From Acidobacteriota bacterium (lineage in GTDB: Bacteria; Acidobacteriota; UBA6911; RPQK01; JAJDTT01), in the NCBI GenBank assembly GCA_965263035.1, contig OZ253580.1, positions 4,608,001 through 4,672,000 on the forward strand: a stretch of 64,000 nucleotides of DNA, written 5' to 3'. The notes under the pieces are model-generated. The model did not search any database. It saw only the letters and a list, made by a program, of their open reading frames with translations, and was not told where the DNA came from. Position numbers and translations under genes: made by a program. Within the stretch, counting starts at the first letter, position 1; each line of letters starts with the position of its first letter. Shown here in pieces: positions 43,697 to 52,741 of this stretch.

Positions 43697-43977
43697 ATCC
43701 GCGCCGTCCGTCCCCCGGCTGGCGGCATCACCCACCACCAGCACCAGGACATGTCCGATCATCCCGATGGTCATGGGCATCCAGAGAAAGTTGTAGGCGC
43801 CCGGATCCAGCAATGGGATCTGGCTTTTGGGCATCTCCACCCGGGTCAGGGCCGCCCAGAGTGTGAACAGGACGCACGCGGCGAGGCCGGTGTAGGCCCC
43901 CTTGGACGTGGCCTTGGGAAAGAGCCATCCCAGGGCGAAGAGCCCCAGTTTTCCTCCCGAGACGACCAGCCCAGACC
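43530..43977 (+). repeat. ~450-bp diverged direct repeat (second copy 47176-47624)
   Basis: Both copies contain the iolG 3' end and the SSS symporter 3' end. Confidence 0.88.
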
Positions 43978-44121
43978 GAGCGCGAAAACGTGACTGTCCC
44001 CTTCTCTCTGTTCGTGGAATCCATGACCCCGGCACGGAAATTCGAGGAAGCGATCCGTGCTCGTATCACGCGTGATCCGGTCCCGGAAAAGGCGGCTGGA
44101 CCCGTCCGGCTCCGATTGGCG

Positions 44122-44334
44122 TCACTCGCTCCGGGTCACGACGGACCACAAGTAGAGAAGCATGCCCGCTCCGGCCAGACCGACTCCCAAGGTCAGGAAC
44201 AGGAACAGGGAAATCGGATGGTTCCAGAACAGGGTGCCCAACTCCACCACGATCCCGGCCGCGATCAGCAATCCAGCGAGTTGGAGGCGGCCAGCGAGTC
44301 CAGCCCGCAAACCCAGCGATCGAATCCGGCTCAT
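44122..44334 (-). CDS. Small two-helix membrane protein
   Basis: 70 aa, hydrophobic; ATG coupled to the NapC-like stop. Confidence 0.65.
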   Translation of the reverse strand: MSRIRSLGLRAGLAGRLQLAGLLIAAGIVVELGTLFWNHPISLFLFLTLGVGLAGAGMLLYLWSVVTRSE

Positions 44335-44948
44335 GGCGTCGCCTCCGGGTCCCAGCGCCCGAACCGGTCCAGTTTCGTGACCTCGTGGATCAGGTTGTGA
44401 CACATCAGGCACGATTTCGTGCCGGCGATCAGCTCGGTCCGAAACGGTGCGTGAACCGTGTTTTCCTCGTAGGACCTGGCTCCTTCGTGGCATTCCAGAC
44501 AGGCCCGGTTCTCATACGGCTCATAGAGCTTCACCGGATCGGACGGGGAACCCATCACGCTGTGCCAGACGTGCCTCACGCCGCGGATCTTGTCGTCCAC
44601 GTCCCCGAACATGGTGTAACTCGTGTGACACGTGTAGCAGGCCTTGTCGGCGGGGATGAGTTTGTTCTGGTAGTGAGCGGCGGGAAGGAACCGCGGATGG
44701 TCGATGTAAAGGCTCTCTCCGTAGGGTTGAATGACGTGACAGGAGAGACAGAAGCTGGTCGTCTTGGCCTGTTCGTAGTGTCGGCCGGCTCCGCCCACAA
44801 GCAAGAGCCCCGGTAGAGCCAAGAGTGCAAGAAACGCGAGAATCTTGCCCCTGACTCCGTTTGTCCACTCGGGCCGGCGGACGAGCACCGCGATCACCGC
44901 GAGGGTTGCGGTCCCCAGGACGCTCAGGATGACGACTTCACCCGTCAC
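44331..44948 (-). CDS. NapC/NirT-family tetraheme cytochrome c
   Basis: N-terminal TM helices; CLSCH, CYTCH, CLECH and CLMCH. Confidence 0.88.
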   Translation of the reverse strand: MTGEVVILSVLGTATLAVIAVLVRRPEWTNGVRGKILAFLALLALPGLLLVGGAGRHYEQAKTTSFCLSCHVIQPYGESLYIDHPRFLPAAHYQNKLIPADKACYTCHTSYTMFGDVDDKIRGVRHVWHSVMGSPSDPVKLYEPYENRACLECHEGARSYEENTVHAPFRTELIAGTKSCLMCHNLIHEVTKLDRFGRWDPEATP

Positions 44949-46324
44949 TCAGCGGAACTCCGCACCGGCGGCTGGTGCTTGCCACGCAATTCCTGCGCCA
45001 GGGTCCTGATCTCGGTCAAGTCCTGCAGCATCTCGCTCCAACCGTACCAGAGCGCGTAGTCCGGATTGTTGTGGAACGCGCCCTGAAACGCCCGCATCCG
45101 GTGTTCCAGGTGCATCTTGAAGAGGCGCTGTTCGATCGTCGAGGGAGCGTCGTGGAAAGCCAGCAAATCCGGGAAGTTGTAGGCATAGTGGTCCGGCTTG
45201 CGCAAGATGCCGTCGCGGTAGAGGGAAGCGATGATGCGAATCGCCTCGGCCAGCAGCCGGTCGGTCTCCCGAATCATCTCATCGCCCTTTTTCAGCTCCG
45301 CTTTCACCAGGTTTGACGAGTGGCACTGCTCGCAGATTCGGATCATGCGGTCGCGCTCGTGTTGCCAGTCCTCTTGGGTCAGCCGGGCGACATCGGCTTG
45401 CTTGACCACCTCCAACCGGGGCGTCGGTTTGCCCTCCGGGTCCAAGACGCCGAGGGCCTGGAGAATCGTGGCTCGATCGGCCGCCCACTCCTGATCCTCC
45501 GGCATGGGTAGCCGCACGGCCAGGAAGCCCCACGCCGTCCGCACCCCATGGTCCCCCTTGGGCATGTGGCAGGTCTGGCACGTGGGTGCCGCCGCCTGTT
45601 CCGGCAGGATCCCCGTCTGCTTGAGCAGATGCCGGACGCCGTGCTTGGACGAGGAGTACATCTCCCACTGAGGATGGTCGATTCCCATGTGACAGGTCCG
45701 GCAGGCTTGGGGTTCACGAGCCTCCTTGACGGAAAAGAGGTGACGCGTGTGGCAAGTGTCACATGACGCCAAGCCGAACATGACGCCGTCGGCCTTCAAC
45801 TGCTGGATCTCTTCCTCGCTCTTGAGCCCGACTCGATGGCAGCCGCCGCAGCCCTTCATGCCTTCGGTCAGGGCCATGGGGAGCCAATGCGTCGTGGGCA
45901 TGGCGTTCATGCTGACCCAGGCCAGGGCGTGCTTGCCCCCTTGGAACTGCTCCGTCTGAATCGGATGGCAGGTGGCGCAGACATCGGGGGTCGCGGTCTT
46001 CACCAGCGCCACGTCCTCCGCCGTACGATGCTCGTCGCCATGGCAGAGGGAACAGTCCACTCCCTCGGCATGGTGACGGCTCAACTCCCAGTCCGTGACG
46101 ATGCCGGGAGTGACGTCGCGGTGGCACTCGACGCAGTCCGAGGAGACCTGTTTAGAAGTCTCGCCGCCGCATGAGACCAAGGCCAGAACGGCCAACGGTA
46201 GGAAAAAGCGGATGCGGTGCAGCCCTCCGGTCCCGGTCCGGTTGCGGAGCGGCCGCCGTCGGAAGTCGAACAGCTCGCGAACGCAGAGTCCTGACACTCG
46301 CTTCCCTTCAGTAGATATTATCAC
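44945..46324 (-). CDS. Octaheme cytochrome c, HAO-like
   Basis: Eight CxxCH motifs, CHTRHLFS, CHMGIDHPQWEMY..SKHG and a helical C-terminus; start uncertain. Confidence 0.85.
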   Translation of the reverse strand: MIISTEGKRVSGLCVRELFDFRRRPLRNRTGTGGLHRIRFFLPLAVLALVSCGGETSKQVSSDCVECHRDVTPGIVTDWELSRHHAEGVDCSLCHGDEHRTAEDVALVKTATPDVCATCHPIQTEQFQGGKHALAWVSMNAMPTTHWLPMALTEGMKGCGGCHRVGLKSEEEIQQLKADGVMFGLASCDTCHTRHLFSVKEAREPQACRTCHMGIDHPQWEMYSSSKHGVRHLLKQTGILPEQAAAPTCQTCHMPKGDHGVRTAWGFLAVRLPMPEDQEWAADRATILQALGVLDPEGKPTPRLEVVKQADVARLTQEDWQHERDRMIRICEQCHSSNLVKAELKKGDEMIRETDRLLAEAIRIIASLYRDGILRKPDHYAYNFPDLLAFHDAPSTIEQRLFKMHLEHRMRAFQGAFHNNPDYALWYGWSEMLQDLTEIRTLAQELRGKHQPPVRSSAE

Positions 46325-46440
46325 TCATTTCTCGCCTTCGGGCCGCCCGGCACAGTCCGTTTTGGACCGAAGAGGCCCCCCACAAAGGGCGCCCCTACCA
46401 AGAATTCTCCTCCTCTTGAGCCGGATCCGCCAAAGTGGTA

Positions 46441-46455
46441 TATGACTCAGTCATA
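46441..46455. promoter_or_regulatory. Palindrome, candidate autoregulatory operator of the TA operon
   Basis: TATGACT-C-AGTCATA immediately before the AAGGAGG RBS. Confidence 0.5.
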
Positions 46456-46469
46456 CCAAGGAGGTGCGG

Positions 46470-46739
46470 ATGACCGTCAAAACGACCCTCAGCTTTACGG
46501 ATCGCCACCATCGGTACCTTTCGGAGAAGGTGGGCCAAGGCGTGTTTGCTACTCGGAGCGCTGCGGTGGCGGCGGCCATCGAACAGATGATGCAGGACGA
46601 GACCGAGCGAAACGTAGCGCTTTCGGCTCTGGCCGAAGAAATCCGCATGCGTATGCAGACACCGCGTTCCGAGTTCGTGGACCAGGATCACGTTTTCTCA
46701 ACCGCTCGCGCCACTATTGGGACTGATCCGAAGACGTGA
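46470..46739 (+). CDS. ParD-like RHH antitoxin
   Basis: KTTLSFTD...GVFATRSAAV pattern; overlaps the toxin start. Confidence 0.7.
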   Translation: MTVKTTLSFTDRHHRYLSEKVGQGVFATRSAAVAAAIEQMMQDETERNVALSALAEEIRMRMQTPRSEFVDQDHVFSTARATIGTDPKT

Positions 46740-47059
46740 CGTATCGCATCCGTTTCCATCCGCTGGTGGCACGTGATCTTCGAGTCATCGTCCAATGGGT
46801 CCTCGATTACGCGGGGCCGGTGGCGGCTGATCGGACGCTGACCGGGATTGAACGGACCATCACGGGATTGGCACAAACCCCTCACATGGGATCCATCCGT
46901 AACGAAATAGCATCCGGTTTGCGGGCGATCCCTGCCGGGAGAAAAGCCGTCGTAGCCTTTACGGTCGACGACAAAGCCTGCGAGGTGCTCATTCATGCGG
47001 TCACCTATGCTGGAGCAGACTGGGTCGCGCGTATACCGCAAAGGCAGGACGAGAAGTGA
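46736..47059 (+). CDS. RelE/ParE-family toxin
   Basis: YRIRFHPLVARDL...LAQTPHMGSIR...GLRAI...VTYAGADW. Confidence 0.8.
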   Translation: MTYRIRFHPLVARDLRVIVQWVLDYAGPVAADRTLTGIERTITGLAQTPHMGSIRNEIASGLRAIPAGRKAVVAFTVDDKACEVLIHAVTYAGADWVARIPQRQDEK

Positions 47060-47303
47060 GGAGTGAGGAAAGCTTCGGGAATCCTCTCGACCCCTGACCA
47101 GTTCCGGAAAGACGCCCCCCCAAGTCGACGAAGAACGAGCGAGAACGTGACTGTCCCCTTTTGGCGTCCCCTTTTAGCGGTACCAGGAATCGTTCATGGA
47201 GGAGATCGACGGCTTCGTGGATGCCGTCGAGCGAGGCGTCAAGCTGTCTTCCGGCTTCGATGACGGGAGGCGCGCCCTGCAAGTTGCCGTCGCCGCGGAA
47301 GAA

Positions 47304-48821
47304 TCAGCGAGGAGCGGCCGGACCGTCCGAGTGAGCGCCTGAACCCGCGCCGTCCTTCCCCCGGCTGGCGGCATAACCTACCCCTAGCACCAGGATGTGT
47401 CCGATCATGCCGATGGTCATGGGCATCCAGGGAAAGTTGTAGGCGCCGAGATCCAGCAACGGGCTCTGGCTGTTGGGCATCTCCACCCGGGTCAGGGCCG
47501 CCCAGAGTGTGAACATCACGCAGGCGGCAAGGCCGGTGTAGGCTCCCTTGGACGTGGCCTTGGGGAAGAGCCATCCCAGGGCGAACAAGCCCAGTTTTCC
47601 CCCCGAGACGACCAGAGCCAGACCCAGTGAGTACTTCACCAGAGACTCGATGCCGATCCACTGTTGCGCCAGGAAAATGGACAGCAGCCCGCCGACCACG
47701 ACCCCGGCCCGGCCCACCATGAGCTGGCGTCGCTGGGCGGCTCCAGGTCTCATCCGGCGATAGAAATTCTGCAGCACCACTGCCGCCACGCTGTTGAGGT
47801 CCGAGTCCATGCTGGACATGGCCGCCGCCAGCAGCCCCGCCAGGAGCAGTCCCAGAAGCCCCGGCGGCAACTCGGTCAGGATGAAGTGGGGAATGATGTT
47901 GTCCTTCACCTGTCCGACCTCCGGGGGAAGCGCCGAGGGGTCGGCCTGGTAGAAGGCCCAGAGCAGCCCCCCCAGGAACATGAACAGGAGCCAGATCGGG
48001 ACGCAGGAGAGGATGCCCAGCATGGCGCTGCGGCGGGCCTCCCGGTCGCTCCGCGCCAGCAGGTACCTCTGCACCATGTTCTGGTCGGTCCCGAAAGACT
48101 GCAGGAAGTGGAAGATCCCTCCCACGAACAGGAGCCAGAAATTGTCCTCGATCAGGCTGGGTTCCCAGCTTCCCAGGGTGAACTTGCCTCCCTCCCAGGC
48201 GGTGGTGAGGAGCTGGCCGGCGTCCCCGCGGCCCAGGATCAGGGCCGCGCAGAGCAGGCCTCCGCCCACCAGCAGGATTCCCTGCAGGAAATCGGTCCAG
48301 ACGACCCCCCGGATGCCACCCGCCAGGGTATAGGCCACGGTCAGGAGGCCCACCACCAGGATCACCCACCACACGTCCCATCCGGTGACGAAGGCCAGGG
48401 CCAGCCCCAGGAAATAGACGGTCAGGCTCATGTCCAGGATCCGGCTCACGATGAAGGAGGCCGAAGCATAGGCCTGAGCGGGATAACCGAATCGAGTTCC
48501 CAGGTACTCGTAAGGGCTCATTCGAAGCGTGCGGCGGTAAAAGACCACGAACCGCCCCACCGTCAGAAGGACCACCACCGGCAGGGCCAGGTGGTAGGCG
48601 AAGGCCCACATGTCGCTGAAGAAGACGTTGCCGGGATGGCCCACGAAGGTGGCGCTGCTCACCACCGTCCCCATGATGGAGAACCCCACGACCCAACCGG
48701 GCAGGTTGCGCCCGGCCAGGAAGTAGTCTTCCGCCGATTTCTGGCGCCGGGAGAAGTGGAAGGCCAAGCCGCCGATAAATGCCAGATAGACGACCAGGAC
48801 CGCGATGTCGAGTGGGCTCAT
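47304..48821 (-). CDS. Sodium:solute symporter
   Basis: YFLAGR.LP, GG..GVVWTD..Q, DQNMVQRYL and AAMSS.DS. Confidence 0.9.
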   Translation of the reverse strand: MSPLDIAVLVVYLAFIGGLAFHFSRRQKSAEDYFLAGRNLPGWVVGFSIMGTVVSSATFVGHPGNVFFSDMWAFAYHLALPVVVLLTVGRFVVFYRRTLRMSPYEYLGTRFGYPAQAYASASFIVSRILDMSLTVYFLGLALAFVTGWDVWWVILVVGLLTVAYTLAGGIRGVVWTDFLQGILLVGGGLLCAALILGRGDAGQLLTTAWEGGKFTLGSWEPSLIEDNFWLLFVGGIFHFLQSFGTDQNMVQRYLLARSDREARRSAMLGILSCVPIWLLFMFLGGLLWAFYQADPSALPPEVGQVKDNIIPHFILTELPPGLLGLLLAGLLAAAMSSMDSDLNSVAAVVLQNFYRRMRPGAAQRRQLMVGRAGVVVGGLLSIFLAQQWIGIESLVKYSLGLALVVSGGKLGLFALGWLFPKATSKGAYTGLAACVMFTLWAALTRVEMPNSQSPLLDLGAYNFPWMPMTIGMIGHILVLGVGYAASRGKDGAGSGAHSDGPAAPR

Positions 48822-48827
48822 GACGAC

Positions 48828-49676
48828 TCAGGCCGTTTGGGAGACCAGCGTGATCTCGGTGACTTCCGGTGGACAGTTCAGGCGGAGCGGCGCCGTCACG
48901 CCGATGCCCACGTTGGTGTAGAGCCACCCCTGGCCGACGCGGTACAGGCCCTGGTCGTACTTGCGCCCGTACAGGGGCAGGAAGGGGGAGCCGATGAAGG
49001 GGAAACGGACCTGACCTCCGTGGCTGTGGCCCGAAAGCTGGAGCAGGACCCGGCCATCGGCCAGGAAGTCGTCGGCAAAGTCCGGTTCGTGCATCAGGAG
49101 CAGGGTCGGATCCTCGCCGTTGCGATTCGCCAGCGATTTCTCGAGGTCGTGGCGCCGGACCCAGCCGTCATCTACGCCGGCCAGATAGAGCGGTTGGCGG
49201 CCGACCGACAGGGTCAATCCTTCGTTCATGAAGACGTGAATGCCGGAGCGAGTCAGTCCGTCGATCACCGCATCCGAGTTCTTCCAATGGTCGTGGTTGC
49301 CCAGCACGGCGAAGACGCCGTATTTTGCGTCGAGGCGGCCCAGGGCCGGCGCCAGCTCGTAGATGGATTCGGCCGTGGAGAGCACGTAGTCGCCGCCCAG
49401 CAGGGCCAGGTCGGGCCGGCACTCGTTGGCCAATTCCACGGCGGCGTCGATGAGTTCGATCTGCGTGTGGGGGTAAAGATGAAAGTCGCTCAGCAGGACG
49501 ATCCGCAGGCCGTCCAAGGATCCAGGCAAGCTTGGGATGGGCACTTGGACCCGCTCCAAACGCAGCCGCTTCGTCTCGACTCTCGTCGCGTAGAGCCAGG
49601 TTCCGCTCAGTCCGGCCCCTCCGGAACCCAAACCGACGCCCACGGCCTTCAGGACTTTCCTGCGGGTGAGCTTCAT
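48828..49676 (-). CDS. Metallophosphoesterase (YkuE-like) with a twin-Arg leader
   Basis: SDFH, GGDY, LGNHDH and GHSHGGQ; the upstream ORF extension only reads through REP repeats. Confidence 0.88.
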   Translation of the reverse strand: MKLTRRKVLKAVGVGLGSGGAGLSGTWLYATRVETKRLRLERVQVPIPSLPGSLDGLRIVLLSDFHLYPHTQIELIDAAVELANECRPDLALLGGDYVLSTAESIYELAPALGRLDAKYGVFAVLGNHDHWKNSDAVIDGLTRSGIHVFMNEGLTLSVGRQPLYLAGVDDGWVRRHDLEKSLANRNGEDPTLLLMHEPDFADDFLADGRVLLQLSGHSHGGQVRFPFIGSPFLPLYGRKYDQGLYRVGQGWLYTNVGIGVTAPLRLNCPPEVTEITLVSQTA

Positions 49677-49740
49677 GAGATCCGGAATGAGACCAAGAGA
49701 CTTGTTCGGTCCGAAACGGCCCCAATCATAGCACCCGTCA

Positions 49741-49941
49741 GGAGCGGCGGCTTTCTTGCCGCCGAAGGGGAGCGGCGATTTCCAATCGCCGACCAGGAGC
49801 GGCGGTTTCCAACCGCCGAACGGGAACGGCGGTTTCCAACCGCCGAACTCCCAAGGAAACAACGGAGAGCGACTTTATGGGTGAATCGAAGAGGGGGCGA
49901 CTGGAAATCGCCCCTCCGGGGACAAGAATGTCGCCCCTCCT
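49741..49941. repeat. Cluster of REP-like palindromes
   Basis: Tandem GGAGCGGCGG(C/T)TT.C...CCGCC units (four in 49741-49845) plus two further hairpins. Confidence 0.8.
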
Positions 49942-50010
49942 GCCGGGGTTGCCAACGGGTTTACGCCGACGTACCCTCGCCCGGAGTCGAGGCATCCAAG
50001 CGGGAACCGG

Positions 50011-51867
50011 TTGCCCGTTGTGCAGTCCGCCTCGGCCGGTTTCCGCTACGAGGAGAGTCCGATTCAACCCCTTCTGACCTTGGCCACAACCCCCGTGCGT
50101 GTCGACCGCTACGACGGTTTGCAGACCGTCGACTACGTGGTGGTCGCCGTCTACTTCGCGTGCGTCCTGCTCTTGGGCTACTACTTCAGCAAGCGGCAGA
50201 AATCGGCGGACGAGTACTTCCTGGCCAGCCGCAAGATGCCCTGGTTCGTGGTGGGGCTGAGCATGTACGCCTCGCTGCTCTCCACCATCGCCTATCTCTC
50301 GGAGCCGGGAGAGTTCATCAAGAACGGCATCGGTGTCTGGGGCCGGCAGATGCACGTCCCCTTCAGCGTGACGGTGGCCATCCTGGTGCTCGTCCCCTTC
50401 TTCATGCGCAAGCGGCTGACCAGCGCCTACGAGTACCTGGAGGAGAAGTACGGTCTCGGCGCGAGAATGTTCGGATCGACCCTGTTCCTGCTGATCCGGC
50501 TCTCCATGATGGGGATGATCGTCTACACCGCCGCCATCGCCATGTCCAAGATGGCCGACCTGCCCTTCACCTGGGTGGTGCTCGGCGTCGGGGTGATCGC
50601 CGTGGTCTACACCGTGTTGGGCGGGATGCGGGCCGTCATGTGGACCGATCTGGTCCAGTTCATCATCCTCTTCGGGGGCCTCCTCTTCACCATCGGCTAC
50701 GTCTTCTACGACACCGGGACGGGCCCCATCACCTGGCTCCAGGACATCCTGGCGGCGGACCACGAGCCGCAGCCCTTCTTTCGCCTGGACCCGTACGTCC
50801 GGGTCAGCGTGCTGGGGATGGCCATCTACGCCTTCATCTGGTGGGTCTCCACCTGCGGCTCGGATCAGCTCATGGTGCAGCGGTACCTGGCCACCGGATC
50901 GCTCCGTGCGGCCCGCCGTTCCATATTGGCCAACCAGGCCGCGGACGTGAGCGTCGGCATCCTCCTGGGCCTGGGCGGAATCGCCCTCTACTCCTACTAC
51001 AAGGCCCAGCTTCCGGGAGCGCCCGACGAGGTCTTTCCCCATTTCATCGCTCACACCCTGCCCCGAGGCCTGGCCGGCCTGGTGGTGGCCGCCCTCTTCT
51101 CCACCGCCATGGCCGCGCTGGATTCCAGCATGCACGGAGTCGCCACCGTCCTGACCGTCGACTTCGTGGGACGCTTCCGCAAGAAACCGCTCTCCCAGAG
51201 CGCCCTGCTCAGGCTGGCCCGGCTGTTCACCTTGGGAGCCGGCATCTACGCCGTCCTCTTCTGCCTCTTCCTGAACACCATCCCGGAGGGTTCCCGGGGC
51301 AACATCTTCGATCTCACGACCCGGATCATCGCCTACGTCATCGGAACCTTGGGGGGCATGTTCGTGGCCGCGTTTCTGCGATTTCGGGCCAGCGGCACCG
51401 CCATGGTGCTAGGGGCCTTTCTGGGGCTCTCGGCCGGGTTTTACCTGTCGCTGGGACACTGGTTCCAGGATCACCCCGACATCTTTCTCTACGTCCTGGA
51501 GGAGGGGCGGGAACCGACGCGGTGGGAGCCTCTGCCGGACACGTCCAACGCCATCGGCTCCAAACCCGAAGGCAACCGCTTCGTCCTGAACGGAGATGGG
51601 GTGGCGCCCCGGCACGCGGATGTGGAGAAAACGCCCGAGGGCTGGTCGATTCGGAGTCTGACCGGGGATGCGGAGGTCAGGGTCAACGACCGTCCCGGTT
51701 CACCCGCCGTCATCGGCCCCGACGACATGGTGACCCTGGGATCGCGCCGTCTGCTGGTCCGGCTCAAGGCCGTTTCCTGGATGTGGCCGCTGCCGGTGGC
51801 CTTCATGGTCACGCTGCTGTCGACTCTCGTTCTGGGTTGGCTGCCTCTATTCAAACGAAGGGGCTGA
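50011..51867 (+). CDS. Sodium:solute symporter with an inserted FHA-like domain (start possibly TTG 50119)
   Basis: SSS motifs YFLASR.MP, VMWTD..Q and DQLMVQRYL; a soluble beta-rich insert precedes the last TM helix. Confidence 0.85.
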   Translation: MPVVQSASAGFRYEESPIQPLLTLATTPVRVDRYDGLQTVDYVVVAVYFACVLLLGYYFSKRQKSADEYFLASRKMPWFVVGLSMYASLLSTIAYLSEPGEFIKNGIGVWGRQMHVPFSVTVAILVLVPFFMRKRLTSAYEYLEEKYGLGARMFGSTLFLLIRLSMMGMIVYTAAIAMSKMADLPFTWVVLGVGVIAVVYTVLGGMRAVMWTDLVQFIILFGGLLFTIGYVFYDTGTGPITWLQDILAADHEPQPFFRLDPYVRVSVLGMAIYAFIWWVSTCGSDQLMVQRYLATGSLRAARRSILANQAADVSVGILLGLGGIALYSYYKAQLPGAPDEVFPHFIAHTLPRGLAGLVVAALFSTAMAALDSSMHGVATVLTVDFVGRFRKKPLSQSALLRLARLFTLGAGIYAVLFCLFLNTIPEGSRGNIFDLTTRIIAYVIGTLGGMFVAAFLRFRASGTAMVLGAFLGLSAGFYLSLGHWFQDHPDIFLYVLEEGREPTRWEPLPDTSNAIGSKPEGNRFVLNGDGVAPRHADVEKTPEGWSIRSLTGDAEVRVNDRPGSPAVIGPDDMVTLGSRRLLVRLKAVSWMWPLPVAFMVTLLSTLVLGWLPLFKRRG

Positions 51868-51880
51868 ACTGGTATTTTTC

Positions 51881-52723
51881 ATGGAAGAGACGAAGATGGA
51901 AGTCCAAGCCGAATCGACCTCCAGTGGCGGATTGGGACAGACGCCCCCGCGCCTGAGGCGAAAATATTACGAATCGGAGCTCCGGCGCCTGCAGGCGGAG
52001 CTGACCAAGCTCCAGGACTGGGTGGCCCGGGAGGGGCTCAAGGTCGTGGTTCTCTTCGAGGGAAGGGACGCGGCCGGCAAAGGGGGCGTCATCAAGCGGA
52101 TCAGCCAGACGCTGAACCCCCGCCAGGTCCACGTGTCCGCCCTGGCCAAGCCCACCGAGCGCGAACGGACTCAATGGTATTTTCAGCGCTACGTGGCTCA
52201 TCTGCCGGCCGCCGGTGAGATCGTGCTCTTTGACCGGAGCTGGTACAACCGGGCCGGAGTCGAGCGGGTCATGGGATTCTGCACCGAGGAGGAGTACTGG
52301 GAATTCCTCTACTCCTGCCCCCGGTTCGAGCGGATGCTGCTCCGGTCCCACATCCACCTGATCAAGTACTGGTTCTCGGTGAGCGACGAAGAACAGGAAA
52401 GCCGCTTCCAGGCCCGGATCCGGGATCCGCGAAAGCGCTGGAAGCTGAGTCCCATGGATCTGGAGTCCCGGTTGCGCTGGGTCGAGTACTCCAAGGCCAA
52501 GGACGCCATGTTCGACAAGACGGACATTCCCGACGTGCCCTGGTACGTGGTCAACGCCGACAACAAGCGCCGGGCCCGGCTCAACTGCATCTCCCACCTG
52601 CTGAGCCGGTTCAACTACAACCAGGACGATCCGCCCGAACTGGAGCTCCCGCCCCGCCAGGAGGATGGGGGGTACGTCCGGCCGCCCATGGGTATCCAGA
52701 GGTTCGTTCCGGAAGCCTACTGA
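51881..52723 (+). CDS. ppk2: Polyphosphate kinase 2
   Basis: FEGRDAAGKGG, WYFQRY, FDRSWYNRAGVERVMGF and WKLSPMD. Confidence 0.95.
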   Translation: MEETKMEVQAESTSSGGLGQTPPRLRRKYYESELRRLQAELTKLQDWVAREGLKVVVLFEGRDAAGKGGVIKRISQTLNPRQVHVSALAKPTERERTQWYFQRYVAHLPAAGEIVLFDRSWYNRAGVERVMGFCTEEEYWEFLYSCPRFERMLLRSHIHLIKYWFSVSDEEQESRFQARIRDPRKRWKLSPMDLESRLRWVEYSKAKDAMFDKTDIPDVPWYVVNADNKRRARLNCISHLLSRFNYNQDDPPELELPPRQEDGGYVRPPMGIQRFVPEAY

Positions 52724-52741
52724 GACCGCCGGTCACCGGTA

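Noticed and set aside
49741-49850. Tandem palindromic repeats resembling a CRISPR array (also 55577-55685)
   Set aside because: Units are ~28 bp with only a few nt between them, no unique spacers and no cas genes; better explained as REPs.
47664-51956. 1430-aa plus-strand ORF
   Set aside because: Shadow frame over the SSS, phosphoesterase and REP region; no motifs, and typical of high-GC DNA.
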